From contig CAVOYH010000004.1 of the NCBI GenBank assembly GCA_963700635.1, positions 256,001 to 320,000 of the forward strand: DNA of 64,000 nt, in the 5' to 3' direction. Below, piece by piece: positions 48,862 to 58,565 of this stretch (its first letter is position 1; each line of letters begins with the position of its first letter). A program made the translations under genes and the position numbers. This DNA is from an uncultured Bacteroidota bacterium (GTDB taxonomy: Bacteria; Bacteroidota; Ignavibacteria; UBA10030; UBA6906). A model generated the notes under the pieces. The model was not told where the DNA came from, did not search any database, and saw nothing but the letters and a program-made list of their open reading frames with translations.

Positions 48862-48900
48862 TTGACAATGTATCAATATATTTCTATATTGGTCGAAATA
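48862..48900 (+). promoter_or_regulatory. Promoter TTGACA-N17-TATATT overlapped by inverted repeat TATTTC-N10-GAAATA (probable autoregulatory operator)
   Basis: -35 at 48862-48867, -10 at 48885-48890; arms at 48879-48884 and 48895-48900. Confidence 0.65.
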
Positions 48901-48917
48901 GTTATATGGAGGTTATT

Positions 48918-49502
48918 ATGGTGCCCGAGGCATATCTTTCGGACCTCGTACAGTTTTTTAAGGTGCTCGGTGAGCCGCAACGGCTCAGGATCGTGGGGTT
49001 GTTGTCGCAACGCCCGCACACGGTGGAAGACCTTGCGCGAACCCTCCGGCTCAGCGGTTCGACCGTGTCGCATCACCTTTCACGTCTTTCCGATGCCGGA
49101 CTCGTTACCGCACGGGCGGAGAGTTACTACAACGTCTACACGCTCAGGACAGAAGTATTGACGACAATGGCGCGGACCATCCTCAAGCAGACCCAACAGC
49201 CCAGACCGGCTGATGCCGGTATGCTGGATGCCTTCGAGCGTAAGGTCGTCGAAACCTTCACCACGCCGGATGGGAAGATCAAGGCCTTTCCCGCACAGGA
49301 GAAAAAGTACCTTGTCCTGGTACGGTATGTCTTGAAGGCATTTGACCCGGGGGTAAAATATACCGAAAAACGGGTTAACCAGATTTTGTCCAGGTACAAT
49401 GATGATACGGCACGCCTGCGCCGGTCCCTCGTAGAGTTCCGGTTTATGGCAAGGGAGGGAGGGGGAGGGAAGTACTGGCGGATCGATGAGCAGGCGGGTT
49501 AA
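48918..49502 (+). CDS. ArsR/SmtB HTH regulator fused to DUF2087
   Basis: FK.L....RL.IVGLL, TVSHHL..L..AGLV; P.QEKK..L, YTEK.VN, D.A.LRR.LV....M.R; ATG 48918 after GGAGG. Confidence 0.9.
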   Translation: MVPEAYLSDLVQFFKVLGEPQRLRIVGLLSQRPHTVEDLARTLRLSGSTVSHHLSRLSDAGLVTARAESYYNVYTLRTEVLTTMARTILKQTQQPRPADAGMLDAFERKVVETFTTPDGKIKAFPAQEKKYLVLVRYVLKAFDPGVKYTEKRVNQILSRYNDDTARLRRSLVEFRFMAREGGGGKYWRIDEQAG

Positions 49503-49533
49503 ACCACTTGGGTCGTCTTGTTGTCCAATATGA

Positions 49534-49569
49534 AAGCCGGTATTGTGTGGGCAACCGGCTTCTTTTTTT
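49534..49569 (+). terminator. Probable intrinsic terminator
   Basis: AAGCCGGT...ACCGGCTT stem followed by a T-run. Confidence 0.6.
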
Positions 49570-49590
49570 CACATTTGAAAGAGAGGCACC

Positions 49591-49980
49591 ATGATACACA
49601 GGACACTTTTCCCGACACGCCGGCTGGTATTCACGCTTCTTGTGCTTGTGATGGCATCAATCGGCTCGACGGTACGGGCACAGCCAATGAGGATCTCGGC
49701 AGAGGAACGGACTAAAAACCTGACGGAACAGCTCGCGCTGGATACCGAGCAGGCGGCGAAAGTGCTGGTCATTCTCAAAAAGTCGGAAGAGGACATGAAG
49801 AAACTCTTCGAAAGTGCTGAGGGTGATCGCGAATCCATGCGGGCCACCATGCGAACAGGCAGGGAAAAAACGAACAAGGCCATTGAAGGTGTTCTCACTG
49901 CTGAACAGAAGAAAAAGTTTGAAGAGATCAGCAAGCAGGGTAATCGTCCCCCTCAGGGAAACCGCCCCGGAGGCCGCTGA
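49591..49980 (+). CDS. Periplasmic helical protein, Spy/CpxP-like (LTxxQ)
   Basis: Signal peptide; L.LD.EQ and VLTAEQKKKF motifs; Met/Arg-rich. Confidence 0.75.
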   Translation: MIHRTLFPTRRLVFTLLVLVMASIGSTVRAQPMRISAEERTKNLTEQLALDTEQAAKVLVILKKSEEDMKKLFESAEGDRESMRATMRTGREKTNKAIEGVLTAEQKKKFEEISKQGNRPPQGNRPGGR

Positions 49981-50089
49981 TTCCGGATTGGTGCGCTGAG
50001 GCGCCAGGGAGCAGAGCAGGGCCGAAAAGTCCCCTCTGGCGCTTCAGCAAACGATACACAAGTGGTCGCAGTAGGCGATTCCGCACCGG

Positions 50090-50779
50090 TCAGAATCGAA
50101 CCGACACTCCGATCTGAAGCACCAGAAGGTCGGTTCTTGATTTGAGGATATCGTACACAACACGGCCGTTCACATTACGGACCGAACCTTCCTTCAGATA
50201 TTCAGCCTCTCCGCCAAACACATACCGTGCTCCGAGGTCCACAAACACGTCGCTGATACTCCCGTCTGCGGGGCTGTATACCAGAATCATCAATCCCGCC
50301 CCGCCGCCATAGCTGAATGTGCCATCCGACAGGTTGTTGCTGCTGGCAACTTCCTGGCCGGGAACATTGATGTTCTCGATTTTTGTCTCTGTGAAGAGGT
50401 AGTTAAACCCGATCATCCCCTGGAGGTAGGGACGCACCTTGCCGGTGTTCGGCTGGAGCCGGAGCAGCGCATGGCCGAGAAAAAAGTTGTTTGTGGTGGA
50501 AACATTCACAAATACGTCGGGGATGGTTGTGCTGAATGCTTCCCGCCGATCGGCTGACCCGTAATTCATGAAGCCGACTTCGAGTCCAAGCATGATTGGC
50601 GTGCCCTCCGGTGCAAACCCGGCGTTCCCCGTTATGCCGAACCCGACGTTATCAACGTTTTTCTTGAATTCGCCCTGGGGCACCCCGACCAGGAAATCCA
50701 GCCCTCCCTGCCAGGATTGCGCCGCGGCGGCGGACGTCAGGAGCATGATGGCGGACAGAACCTGAACCAGGTGACGCAT
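50090..50779 (-). CDS. Outer-membrane beta-barrel protein
   Basis: Signal ...AAAA-Q; P.GEF, RPY..G..GF.Y..T, ..R Y..GG.AEYL; ends GVSVRF. Confidence 0.8.
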   Translation of the reverse strand: MRHLVQVLSAIMLLTSAAAAQSWQGGLDFLVGVPQGEFKKNVDNVGFGITGNAGFAPEGTPIMLGLEVGFMNYGSADRREAFSTTIPDVFVNVSTTNNFFLGHALLRLQPNTGKVRPYLQGMIGFNYLFTETKIENINVPGQEVASSNNLSDGTFSYGGGAGLMILVYSPADGSISDVFVDLGARYVFGGEAEYLKEGSVRNVNGRVVYDILKSRTDLLVLQIGVSVRF

Positions 50780-50870
50780 GATGGAATCTCCTCTCTGGAT
50801 GTATTTTCGATGTACGTGAAAATTGCCACACAAGTTGCATCTCGCGCAGATTTTCGAGAAACTACGCGCC

Positions 50871-51428
50871 ATGTCGAATCTCGAGATACTTCTCCTCGCC
50901 CTGGCATTGTCGATTGACGCATTCGCCGTATCACTTTCTGTGGCCGCGACAGGCAGGATTCAGGATGGGCGCGCGACGTTCCGTCTGTCGTTCCATTTTG
51001 GGTTGTTCCAGTTTATGATGCCGGTGCTCGGATGGACTGCAGGCCTCAGCCTCGCGCCCTTCGTCGTGCCATTTGATCACTGGATAGCGTTTGTGCTCCT
51101 GTTATACGTGGCGGCCCGGATGATCCGTGCGTCTTTTGTTTCAACACACGCAGAAATATCGGGCGATCCGTCACGCGGTCTCACCCTGATGGCACTGGCT
51201 GTCGTGACGAGTATTGATGCCCTGGCTGCAGGGCTCAGTCTGGCCATACTGGGCACCGACATCTGGTGGCCGAGCCTGGTGATCGGCATGGTGACGGGAG
51301 CAGTATCTCTTCTTGCCATCCGGCTGGGCCGCCGTCTGAATACTATCATTGGAAAACGTGCCGATCTTGTGGGGGGGCTCTTGCTCGTCTTCCTCGCCTT
51401 CCACGTACTACTCTCGCACGTACCGTAA
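50871..51428 (+). CDS. mntP: Manganese efflux pump MntP
   Basis: ALALS.DAFAVS, FG.FQ..MP..GW, DHWIAF.LL, TSIDAL..G.SL. Confidence 0.9.
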   Translation: MSNLEILLLALALSIDAFAVSLSVAATGRIQDGRATFRLSFHFGLFQFMMPVLGWTAGLSLAPFVVPFDHWIAFVLLLYVAARMIRASFVSTHAEISGDPSRGLTLMALAVVTSIDALAAGLSLAILGTDIWWPSLVIGMVTGAVSLLAIRLGRRLNTIIGKRADLVGGLLLVFLAFHVLLSHVP

Positions 51429-51450
51429 TCGTCTGGTCTGACTGGAGTCC

Positions 51451-53868
51451 TCACATTTGACGACTCATTTTTTTACCGTAGCGTTCCATGGCGACTGCCA
51501 GTATCCCGAACTGATCGGTGAGGAGCCCCTCGTAACCGCACGGCCAACCATCCCAGCTCCGCCCGTCGATGCCCGATTTGGCACCCCCGAACAGCTCGGC
51601 ATTGGCGAAACCCGTACAGATCCGCAGAAGGACTTCATCAGCTTCTGCGATCATGCCCACCCGGTACATCGCTGTGACGACATGGCGGGTTTGCGCCGTG
51701 GTCAAACCGCCGTTCCCATAATACCCGAACGGAAACCCGTGCTGGATTTCCGACAGGTCATGATCAGGGATGGGCCAGAGACTCGCCGGCATTCCCCACT
51801 GATAGGGCAGCTGAAGACGGTTTGCCTCTTCCCATATGCGCCGCATCATCTCCCGCCCGGGATCCACATCGACGACGCCGCTTGCCACTGCCGCTCCGTT
51901 GATTGTGATAAACGCATGGTCATGCAACTGGTTATTTTTGCATCGCCATCCTGCCAGCCAGCCCGTGGCGGGGTTAAAAAACGCCGGCAGGTAATTCGTT
52001 TTCAGGCGGTCAGCCCATGCATCAAGACCTTCCGCCATATCCGCATGATGCAGCGGTGGAAGCACGCGAGCCAGTTTCTTCAACGCTGCGTACAACAACG
52101 CATTCGAGAAGGTGCATTTCCAGCCGAATGAAATAACGTCGTAGAAGCATGTTGCCCACTGATACTCTCCGCTCCTACCGAGCCGGTAGTTGCTCTCCAC
52201 GATGCCATCGTCGTCCACATCCCTTTTTTTCATTGCGACCAGCTGCGCATTCAGCTGAGGTCCAAAACGAGAGAGCCATTCTTCGGTTCCGCTGTGTTCC
52301 AGAAAATCGGCGATGCCGAGCAGGCCGGCGGTGCCGGTCATGATGTATTCATCCTCGGCCAGGTGAGGAGCGCCGGTTCCCAGCAAGCCCCCGCTCGCGT
52401 AGCCCGGTCCGCCATCAAGCCACCGCTCGATGGAATCACGGAGCAGATCAACAGCCGAGAGGCCGGTGACAAGCTGGCCGATCCGCGTCGCCAATGCCGA
52501 CCAGTTGTCCATGCAGAGCGGACAATGCATGGAATTCCCGTTGTTGCTCAATGTTCCTGTGTCAGGGCGGTAGGAAAGTGATGTGACAGTGCATCGCTGG
52601 ACGGCGCGCACGATATCGTGCGGTGTACCGGCAGAGAGCGGGGGACCAAACTGGCGAACGGCAAATGTGAATGTGGCCTCGTGTTTCCCTGAGAGAAGGA
52701 GATAATCACCTTCCGGCTGGGGGATTTCGCCGAGTTTTGCCTGGTGCAGGGCAAGGTCGGCGGGACGAATGGCGTCTGATCGCCAGAGTGATGTGTTGGC
52801 GGTGGACTGGATCTCAAAACTGCCGAACCCCGGTGCATGGAAGATGACCGGAAGTGCCATGGTCCCGGACTCTCCGTTTCGCGTAATCGGGCCGAGTGCG
52901 GTGGTCGCCGACGCACGGGCATCAAGGCCGATCGTCCAGGCGCTGCTGTCCCATGCCCGGATTTCCGTGTCGCCGGTGCGCGAGAGGTGAAGGAGAAGCC
53001 GGTCCTCGAAAACCTCCCACCGGGCAATGTAGTGCTGACCGTGAACCTCGGTTTGCACGTCATAGGTGATACAATTTCCCTTTACCTTTGTTGTCCCCTG
53101 TACCGCATAGCGGATTGAGGATGCCATTGTCGGACCGGTTCCCACCGGGTGCAAGAAAAATCCCTGCACAGATACTCCGGGGCTCATGCGGAGGAGATTG
53201 GTTCCCGTCCGGCCCTCTCCTTCATCATCGATACTGAGGTGTGATAACCCTGCGCGGCGGAGACAGAATCCCACATCCAGGTAGCGGGTGCGGTATCGGA
53301 CTTCGCCGTTGGCATGGCTCACGCGCACACCGGGTAGTGTCGGGGAAAGATCGATGGCATCGACGTGGAGTGCACGCTCACCTCGGAGTTGAGGCGCGTC
53401 AGGTGGGTCACCGTCGAGGACCATGCCACCCGCGCAGAGGTTCCAGGAAGGCCACCACGGGTCCGAAACACATTCGCGGATCTCAAAAAGCGCGGCACTT
53501 GTTTCGATGCCGTTCAGGTTTATCCAGTGAATCTGATCGCCTTCCGGCCTGGGCAGATTCGTCTCATGAAGGTGCACACCCCATCGTGTACCGTCCCAGA
53601 TCAGGATGCGCAGGGCTTTTACCCAGTCATGTTCCACATGGCTGCCGCACTTATGATAACCGAGGGAGCGGCGGAGTCCGAGTCGCCTCAATCGGGCTGG
53701 TGCATGGAGCTGAAGGGTACGGCTGTGAATAATCCGGTGTGCGGGTGCCGTTGATTCGTTTTTCAGGGGAGTCGTCCAGACGGCCCTGCATGTAGAAACT
53801 CCGGGGCGTATTCCCAGGTCGCCTGCAGGGGGTTCAAGCCCCTGGAGGCGGAAGAGATCGTGTTTCAA
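51451..53868 (-). CDS. Hypothetical protein with C-terminal six-hairpin (alpha/alpha)6 glycosidase-like domain
   Basis: 805 aa, TTG start after GAGG. D.D.DGIVE, ..D....G.......NAL.Y.AL..LA, F.NP.TG....W and YG.NGG motifs are typical of six-hairpin glycosidases. No signal peptide. Confidence 0.65.
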   Translation of the reverse strand: MKHDLFRLQGLEPPAGDLGIRPGVSTCRAVWTTPLKNESTAPAHRIIHSRTLQLHAPARLRRLGLRRSLGYHKCGSHVEHDWVKALRILIWDGTRWGVHLHETNLPRPEGDQIHWINLNGIETSAALFEIRECVSDPWWPSWNLCAGGMVLDGDPPDAPQLRGERALHVDAIDLSPTLPGVRVSHANGEVRYRTRYLDVGFCLRRAGLSHLSIDDEGEGRTGTNLLRMSPGVSVQGFFLHPVGTGPTMASSIRYAVQGTTKVKGNCITYDVQTEVHGQHYIARWEVFEDRLLLHLSRTGDTEIRAWDSSAWTIGLDARASATTALGPITRNGESGTMALPVIFHAPGFGSFEIQSTANTSLWRSDAIRPADLALHQAKLGEIPQPEGDYLLLSGKHEATFTFAVRQFGPPLSAGTPHDIVRAVQRCTVTSLSYRPDTGTLSNNGNSMHCPLCMDNWSALATRIGQLVTGLSAVDLLRDSIERWLDGGPGYASGGLLGTGAPHLAEDEYIMTGTAGLLGIADFLEHSGTEEWLSRFGPQLNAQLVAMKKRDVDDDGIVESNYRLGRSGEYQWATCFYDVISFGWKCTFSNALLYAALKKLARVLPPLHHADMAEGLDAWADRLKTNYLPAFFNPATGWLAGWRCKNNQLHDHAFITINGAAVASGVVDVDPGREMMRRIWEEANRLQLPYQWGMPASLWPIPDHDLSEIQHGFPFGYYGNGGLTTAQTRHVVTAMYRVGMIAEADEVLLRICTGFANAELFGGAKSGIDGRSWDGWPCGYEGLLTDQFGILAVAMERYGKKMSRQM

Positions 53869-53974
53869 ATATGGTCCTCAGTTTATAGAGTGAAATGGAC
53901 TCATTATACCTTGATCGGCACCAAGAAGCAACGTCGGGAGATGGGGATTTTCCCGCCCCGGAGAAGAAAACCCC

Positions 53975-54003
53975 TTGCACAAGCCGTAGTGATGTACTAT
54001 ATT
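53975..54003 (+). promoter_or_regulatory. Sigma70-type promoter TTGCAC-N17-TATATT
   Basis: Upstream of the Yip1 gene; same -10 and spacing as the other promoters. Confidence 0.55.
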
Positions 54004-54176
54004 AGCACGACTTGCCGATAGTTCCTTTCCTACGTCTCTTCCGGGGCCTTCCATGCGTGCCAGCATTGTGGTGATTGCCTTAAGGCGTATGACCCACTCG
54101 ATCCACGCAGATGGTTTTTGTTTCTTCAGGGGACTAAAATCTTCCACCAGTACCACACATCTCTTCAGGAGGTAGT

Positions 54177-54770
54177 ATGAATCTTGTTGATCGCGCGAAG
54201 AACATCATCATGACGCCAAAGACAGAGTGGGCTGCCATTGCGGCGGAACAGCCTAACGCCGGTGCGATCATGACGGGGTATGTGATCCCGCTGGCTCTTA
54301 TACCCGCAGTGGCGATGGTCATCGGACACGGTTTCATCGGCGGGACCATGTTCTCATCCGTCACCTGGGGCATAGGGATGGGGGCGGTGTCATTCGTATC
54401 CACCGTGATCGGCGTGTATCTGACCGCTCTGGTGATGAACTTTCTCGCTCCTAATTTCGGGTCGGAGAAAAATTTCGGCCGCGCCATGCAGACAGTAGCG
54501 TATGCGTATACGCCCGCCTGGATTGCCGGAATCCTGAACATACTTCCTGTGATCGGATGGCTCGGGTCTTTACTCGGGTTGTACGGCCTGTACCTGATGT
54601 ATCTCGGGCTTCCACATACCATGAAGACGCCGGCAGACAAGGTAGTTCTTTATCTCGTCGTCACCATCATTGTCCTCGTGATTATTTATGCGATCCTGGG
54701 TGCCATCATGACCGCCATCATGTTCGCCATTCTGGGATTTGGTGCCATGGGGATGATGCAGTCGATGTAA
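54177..54770 (+). CDS. Yip1 family membrane protein
   Basis: RAKNI...PK.EW..I..E, LAP.FG, AY..TP.W.AG, LY..YL.Y.GLP..MK.P..K; RBS AGGAGG. Confidence 0.9.
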   Translation: MNLVDRAKNIIMTPKTEWAAIAAEQPNAGAIMTGYVIPLALIPAVAMVIGHGFIGGTMFSSVTWGIGMGAVSFVSTVIGVYLTALVMNFLAPNFGSEKNFGRAMQTVAYAYTPAWIAGILNILPVIGWLGSLLGLYGLYLMYLGLPHTMKTPADKVVLYLVVTIIVLVIIYAILGAIMTAIMFAILGFGAMGMMQSM

Positions 54771-54802
54771 TTGATGATTGTCGGACGTAGTGTTTGATCG
54801 TG

Positions 54803-54838
54803 CGGGGCCTCCCGAGGGAGGCCCCGTTCCTTTTTTTT
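54803..54838 (+). terminator. Intrinsic terminator
   Basis: CGGGGCCTCCC-ga-GGGAGGCCCCG followed by a T8 run. Confidence 0.8.
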
Positions 54839-54870
54839 GCTTGTCAGCCCTCTTTTTTATACATTGGGCC

Positions 54871-55412
54871 ATGAAAATCTACACGAAAACGGGTGATAAA
54901 GGCGATACTTCTCTCTTTGGCGGGCAGCGTGTCCCTAAAGACGCTTTACGGATCGAAGCCTACGGGACGGTCGACGAGCTGAACTCCGTTCTGGGCATCG
55001 TTCGTGCCGAAGGTCCCGCCCGTGAACTGGATGCGGTGCTCGGGACCATACAGGATCACCTGTTTGTCCTGGGGGCTGATCTGGCGACGCCGCGCTCCCT
55101 CGAGAAGAAGGGCAGCCGGCGGATCGGAGCAAAAGAGACGGAGTATATTGAACACCAGATTGATCGTTTTGACGCAGAGCTTCAACCTCTCAACTCTTTT
55201 ATCCTTCCCGGGGCTCGCCCGGCGCTGCCCGTATCCACTTTGCACGAACCGTCTGCCGGCGCGCCGAACGTGTTATTGTCCGGCTCTCACGTCAAGAAGA
55301 TATCGGCGATGATTGTATGGTGTATTTGAACCGGCTCTCCGACCTGTTATTTGTTCTTGCCCGCTTTTCCAACCATAATGCTAACGTCCCCGAGGTACAG
55401 TGGAAATCTTGA
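54871..55412 (+). CDS. Cob(I)alamin adenosyltransferase, PduO/MMAB type (frameshifted at ~55210)
   Basis: KIYTKTGDKG.T.L, EAYGTVDELNS, FILPG. Adding one G to GGGG restores GSPGAA.IH.ARTVCRRAER...YLNRLSDLLFVLAR...W, ending at TGA 55410-55412. Confidence 0.88.
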
Positions 55413-55432
55413 ACGCAACCCGGCTATTCCGG

Positions 55433-57769
55433 ATGCGTATGAGAAGGTATATGTTGATCGGCCTGCCCGGTACTTTGATCACCCTCATCCTGATGTGCTG
55501 GCCCGCGACCGCACCCGCGGAATCCGGATTTTCGGGCTCGAATGCCTACGCCATTTTGAAGGTCCTTGCCCAGGACATCGGTCCCCGTCCGATGGGCTCT
55601 CCCGCTGAACAACGCGCTCTGGCCTTTGCCGTAAGCACGTTCGCCGCGTACGGCTGCGACACCGCCTACATCATGCCGATGCGTTCCCCCGGAGGGGTGA
55701 ATACAACAAGCGGTGTAGCGATCGGCATTCTGCGCGGGGCAACAGAGCGGAGTATTGTCATCGGAGGCCATATTGACTCCTCGGGTCCCGATATCCCCGG
55801 GGCCAATGATGACGGATCCGGCTCAGCATGTGTTATGGAGCTTGCACGCGTCCTCGCGAAGCGGGAGCTCCAGTCCACGATTGTATTTGTCTGTTTCGGG
55901 GGGGAAGAAGAAGGCCTTCTCGGCAGCAAATATTTTGTTGACAACTTCCAGAAGATCGATAGTGTGGTCTTGATGCTTCAGATTGACATGGCCGACGGCT
56001 CATCGTTCCTGGAACTGGATCCGGATGCGCCGGATCAGGTCAGCGCGCCGCGCTGGCTCGTGGAAGCGGCGGTCCATGAATACTATTCAACGCTCGGGTA
56101 TTCGGATCTCCGGTATCTGACAAACGGCTCGACGCTGAATGCCTCGACGCCGGGCGCAACGGGTTCGGATCACATTCCATTTCTTGAAAAGGGAATTCCC
56201 GCCCTCGACTTCACGTCCGATATCGCGTATCCGATTCACACGCCGCTGGACAACCTTGCAGCGTTCGACAGTGCAGGGCTTGCCCGTTCGGGGAATCTTG
56301 TTCTTAAACTGGTGGAACGTTTTGATAAGGGGGTCCCATCCCGGAGCACCGAGAAATACTATCTGCTGCAGTGGGATGAGAACCTGTTCTTTATCACCCA
56401 TCAGATGCTGCTCGTGTTCGTCGGACTGGCGTTCGCCATTTCCATTATGGCGTTTGTGTCACTCCGGCGCCGCCGGCTGCAGGACCGCACGGCGGAACCG
56501 CGCTATTCCGGATTGAAGCTCGCACTTTTTGTTGTAATTGTGCAGGTGTTCGTCTGGGTTCCTGAAACTCTGATAGGACTGCTCAAAGGGTATCGCTTCC
56601 CCTGGGTGAACGGTTTTGGGTGGTACGCACTGTTTGCCCTCTTTACGGCACTCGCGGGTATCTGGATTGTTCTCCGTCTCGCTTCCCGGTGGCGCCTGGG
56701 GAGTGATCCGTTTCCGTACTTTGTCAGGTTCTTTATTCTTATGGTCGGCGGCGTGTTCGGTACCGTGCTGATTAATCCTGAAATCGGGTTGTACGCAGCC
56801 TGGCCATTATTCTGGATCTCTCTCGCCGTCCTTCTGCGTCCGGTATGGGTGAAGGGTCTGTTGTTTCTGCTGGCGGCATATCTTCCTCTCCGCCTGGTGT
56901 TCATCGAACCCCTGGTTCTCATTCAGCGAGGGTTTGCTGCGTCCTTGTATGATGGCGTGATTCGCGATGGATTGACGGATCTGTTTTTTGTGGCAGTGTT
57001 TGCTCTTCTTTCGGTGCCGTTCGTCTACGGTCTTGCTTCGCTCTACAGATCTTCCGGGCAGGATCTTTTCCTTCTGAAGCGGTTCAGGGGAGTCCGCACT
57101 GTCGGTCCTGTTGTGGCAGGTATTGTCGTACTGGGTGCTTACCTTCTCACGTTGCCGGTCTACGATGGTTTCTGGATGCAGAATGTGCGCGTTGAAGAAC
57201 GTTATGTGATGGGCGAAGATTCAAGCACAGTAACACTCAAGGGGTCTGAAGGCGTCGACGAAATCTCCGTGTTTGTCAATGGAAATGAACAGGCGATTGA
57301 ACCCGGGACGAGCATATACAAAAAGAACTTCACACCACCGTCCGCATCAGCGTGGTTAGCGTATGACCAGACCACCGCGGTCCTTCCCGATTCAGCGCGC
57401 CCCGATTCTCTGGTTCGTGTCGACCGCGTGATCGATCTGGACAGCCGTGTGCGGCCGCTGAGCATCCAGGTCCGTTATCAATCCGATCAACCCATGACTG
57501 TAACATCGCCCTGGGCCTTTGGCAGCCGTCGGAGGGGCGCAGGGAAGTCGGACCGTACTGCCACACTCAGCTGGTACGCATTTCCCGAGATGCCGCTCCG
57601 GATTCCGGTCCGCCTGCAGGTGCGCCGTGGACAGAGCGTAACGGAATCAGTTGAGGCGACATATGACACGCTTGTCGCGCCTGTACGGGCCACGGCTCCG
57701 CTGAGTATTGTCCGGAGTCGCTTGACCATCGCCCGTCATGACACGCTCCGGGTTCCCGGTGGAGAGTGA
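55433..57769 (+). CDS. M28 family peptidase with multi-pass membrane domain
   Basis: GPRP.GS, GHIDS, GANDDGSG, GEEEGL.GS, DM, SDH..F, HT..D; followed by multiple TM helices. Confidence 0.88.
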   Translation: MRMRRYMLIGLPGTLITLILMCWPATAPAESGFSGSNAYAILKVLAQDIGPRPMGSPAEQRALAFAVSTFAAYGCDTAYIMPMRSPGGVNTTSGVAIGILRGATERSIVIGGHIDSSGPDIPGANDDGSGSACVMELARVLAKRELQSTIVFVCFGGEEEGLLGSKYFVDNFQKIDSVVLMLQIDMADGSSFLELDPDAPDQVSAPRWLVEAAVHEYYSTLGYSDLRYLTNGSTLNASTPGATGSDHIPFLEKGIPALDFTSDIAYPIHTPLDNLAAFDSAGLARSGNLVLKLVERFDKGVPSRSTEKYYLLQWDENLFFITHQMLLVFVGLAFAISIMAFVSLRRRRLQDRTAEPRYSGLKLALFVVIVQVFVWVPETLIGLLKGYRFPWVNGFGWYALFALFTALAGIWIVLRLASRWRLGSDPFPYFVRFFILMVGGVFGTVLINPEIGLYAAWPLFWISLAVLLRPVWVKGLLFLLAAYLPLRLVFIEPLVLIQRGFAASLYDGVIRDGLTDLFFVAVFALLSVPFVYGLASLYRSSGQDLFLLKRFRGVRTVGPVVAGIVVLGAYLLTLPVYDGFWMQNVRVEERYVMGEDSSTVTLKGSEGVDEISVFVNGNEQAIEPGTSIYKKNFTPPSASAWLAYDQTTAVLPDSARPDSLVRVDRVIDLDSRVRPLSIQVRYQSDQPMTVTSPWAFGSRRRGAGKSDRTATLSWYAFPEMPLRIPVRLQVRRGQSVTESVEATYDTLVAPVRATAPLSIVRSRLTIARHDTLRVPGGE

Positions 57770-57770
57770 T

Positions 57771-58565
57771 GTGTATGCTGTAAACCCCCGACGACCCCCG
57801 GATAACGGCGCAATCCTCGTCGTCGAAGGGCTGCGCAAATCCTACGACACGCTCGTTGCAGTCGACGGGATCACCTTCTCTGTGTCACGTCAGGAGATCT
57901 TTGGTATCCTTGGCCCGAATGGTGCGGGCAAGACGACCACGCTCGAAATGATTGAGACTCTTCGTCCGATGGACGAAGGCAACATCACGCTCAACGGCAT
58001 TGATGTCCGGCGTTCGCCGCAAGAGATCAAACAGATAATCGGTGTCCAGCTCCAGTCGTCCTCCTTCTTTGACCGTCTCTCGTTGGAGGAATTGCTCATC
58101 CTGTTCGGCGAATTCTACGGCAGGAGCGTGAACGCGTCGGGGCTTCTTGACAAGGTAGATCTTGAAGAAAAGGCAAAGGCGTATCCGGTACATCTATCGG
58201 GCGGACAAAAACAGCGGTTTTCCGTGGCTCTCGCTCTGGTAAACGATCCCATGATGCTGTTCCTTGATGAGCCGACAACGGGGCTGGATCCCCAGGCGCG
58301 CCGGCATCTCTGGGGTGTCATCCGGGGGATCCGGGACGAAGGAAAAACAATAGTGTTGACCACGCACTCGATGGAGGAGGCGGAGGAGCTCTGTGACCGC
58401 GTTGCCATTATGGACCGGGGGCGGCTTGTTGCCATGGATACCCCGCAGGCTCTGGTCCACCGGCTGATCAAGACCGGGTTCACCCGCGAACGGACTCACG
58501 CCATGGCCAATCTGGAGGATGTGTTCCTGTCACTGACGGGTCATTCACTCCGGGATGAAACATGA
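57771..58565 (+). CDS. ABC transporter ATP-binding protein
   Basis: GPNGAGKTT, LSGGQKQR, FLDEPT, TTH; GTG 57771 after GGAGAG. Confidence 0.93.
   Translation: MYAVNPRRPPDNGAILVVEGLRKSYDTLVAVDGITFSVSRQEIFGILGPNGAGKTTTLEMIETLRPMDEGNITLNGIDVRRSPQEIKQIIGVQLQSSSFFDRLSLEELLILFGEFYGRSVNASGLLDKVDLEEKAKAYPVHLSGGQKQRFSVALALVNDPMMLFLDEPTTGLDPQARRHLWGVIRGIRDEGKTIVLTTHSMEEAEELCDRVAIMDRGRLVAMDTPQALVHRLIKTGFTRERTHAMANLEDVFLSLTGHSLRDET

Noticed and set aside
50780-50870. yybP-ykoY (Mn2+) riboswitch expected upstream of mntP
   Set aside because: The intergenic region is only ~90 bp, shared with a divergent gene, and shows no recognisable consensus.
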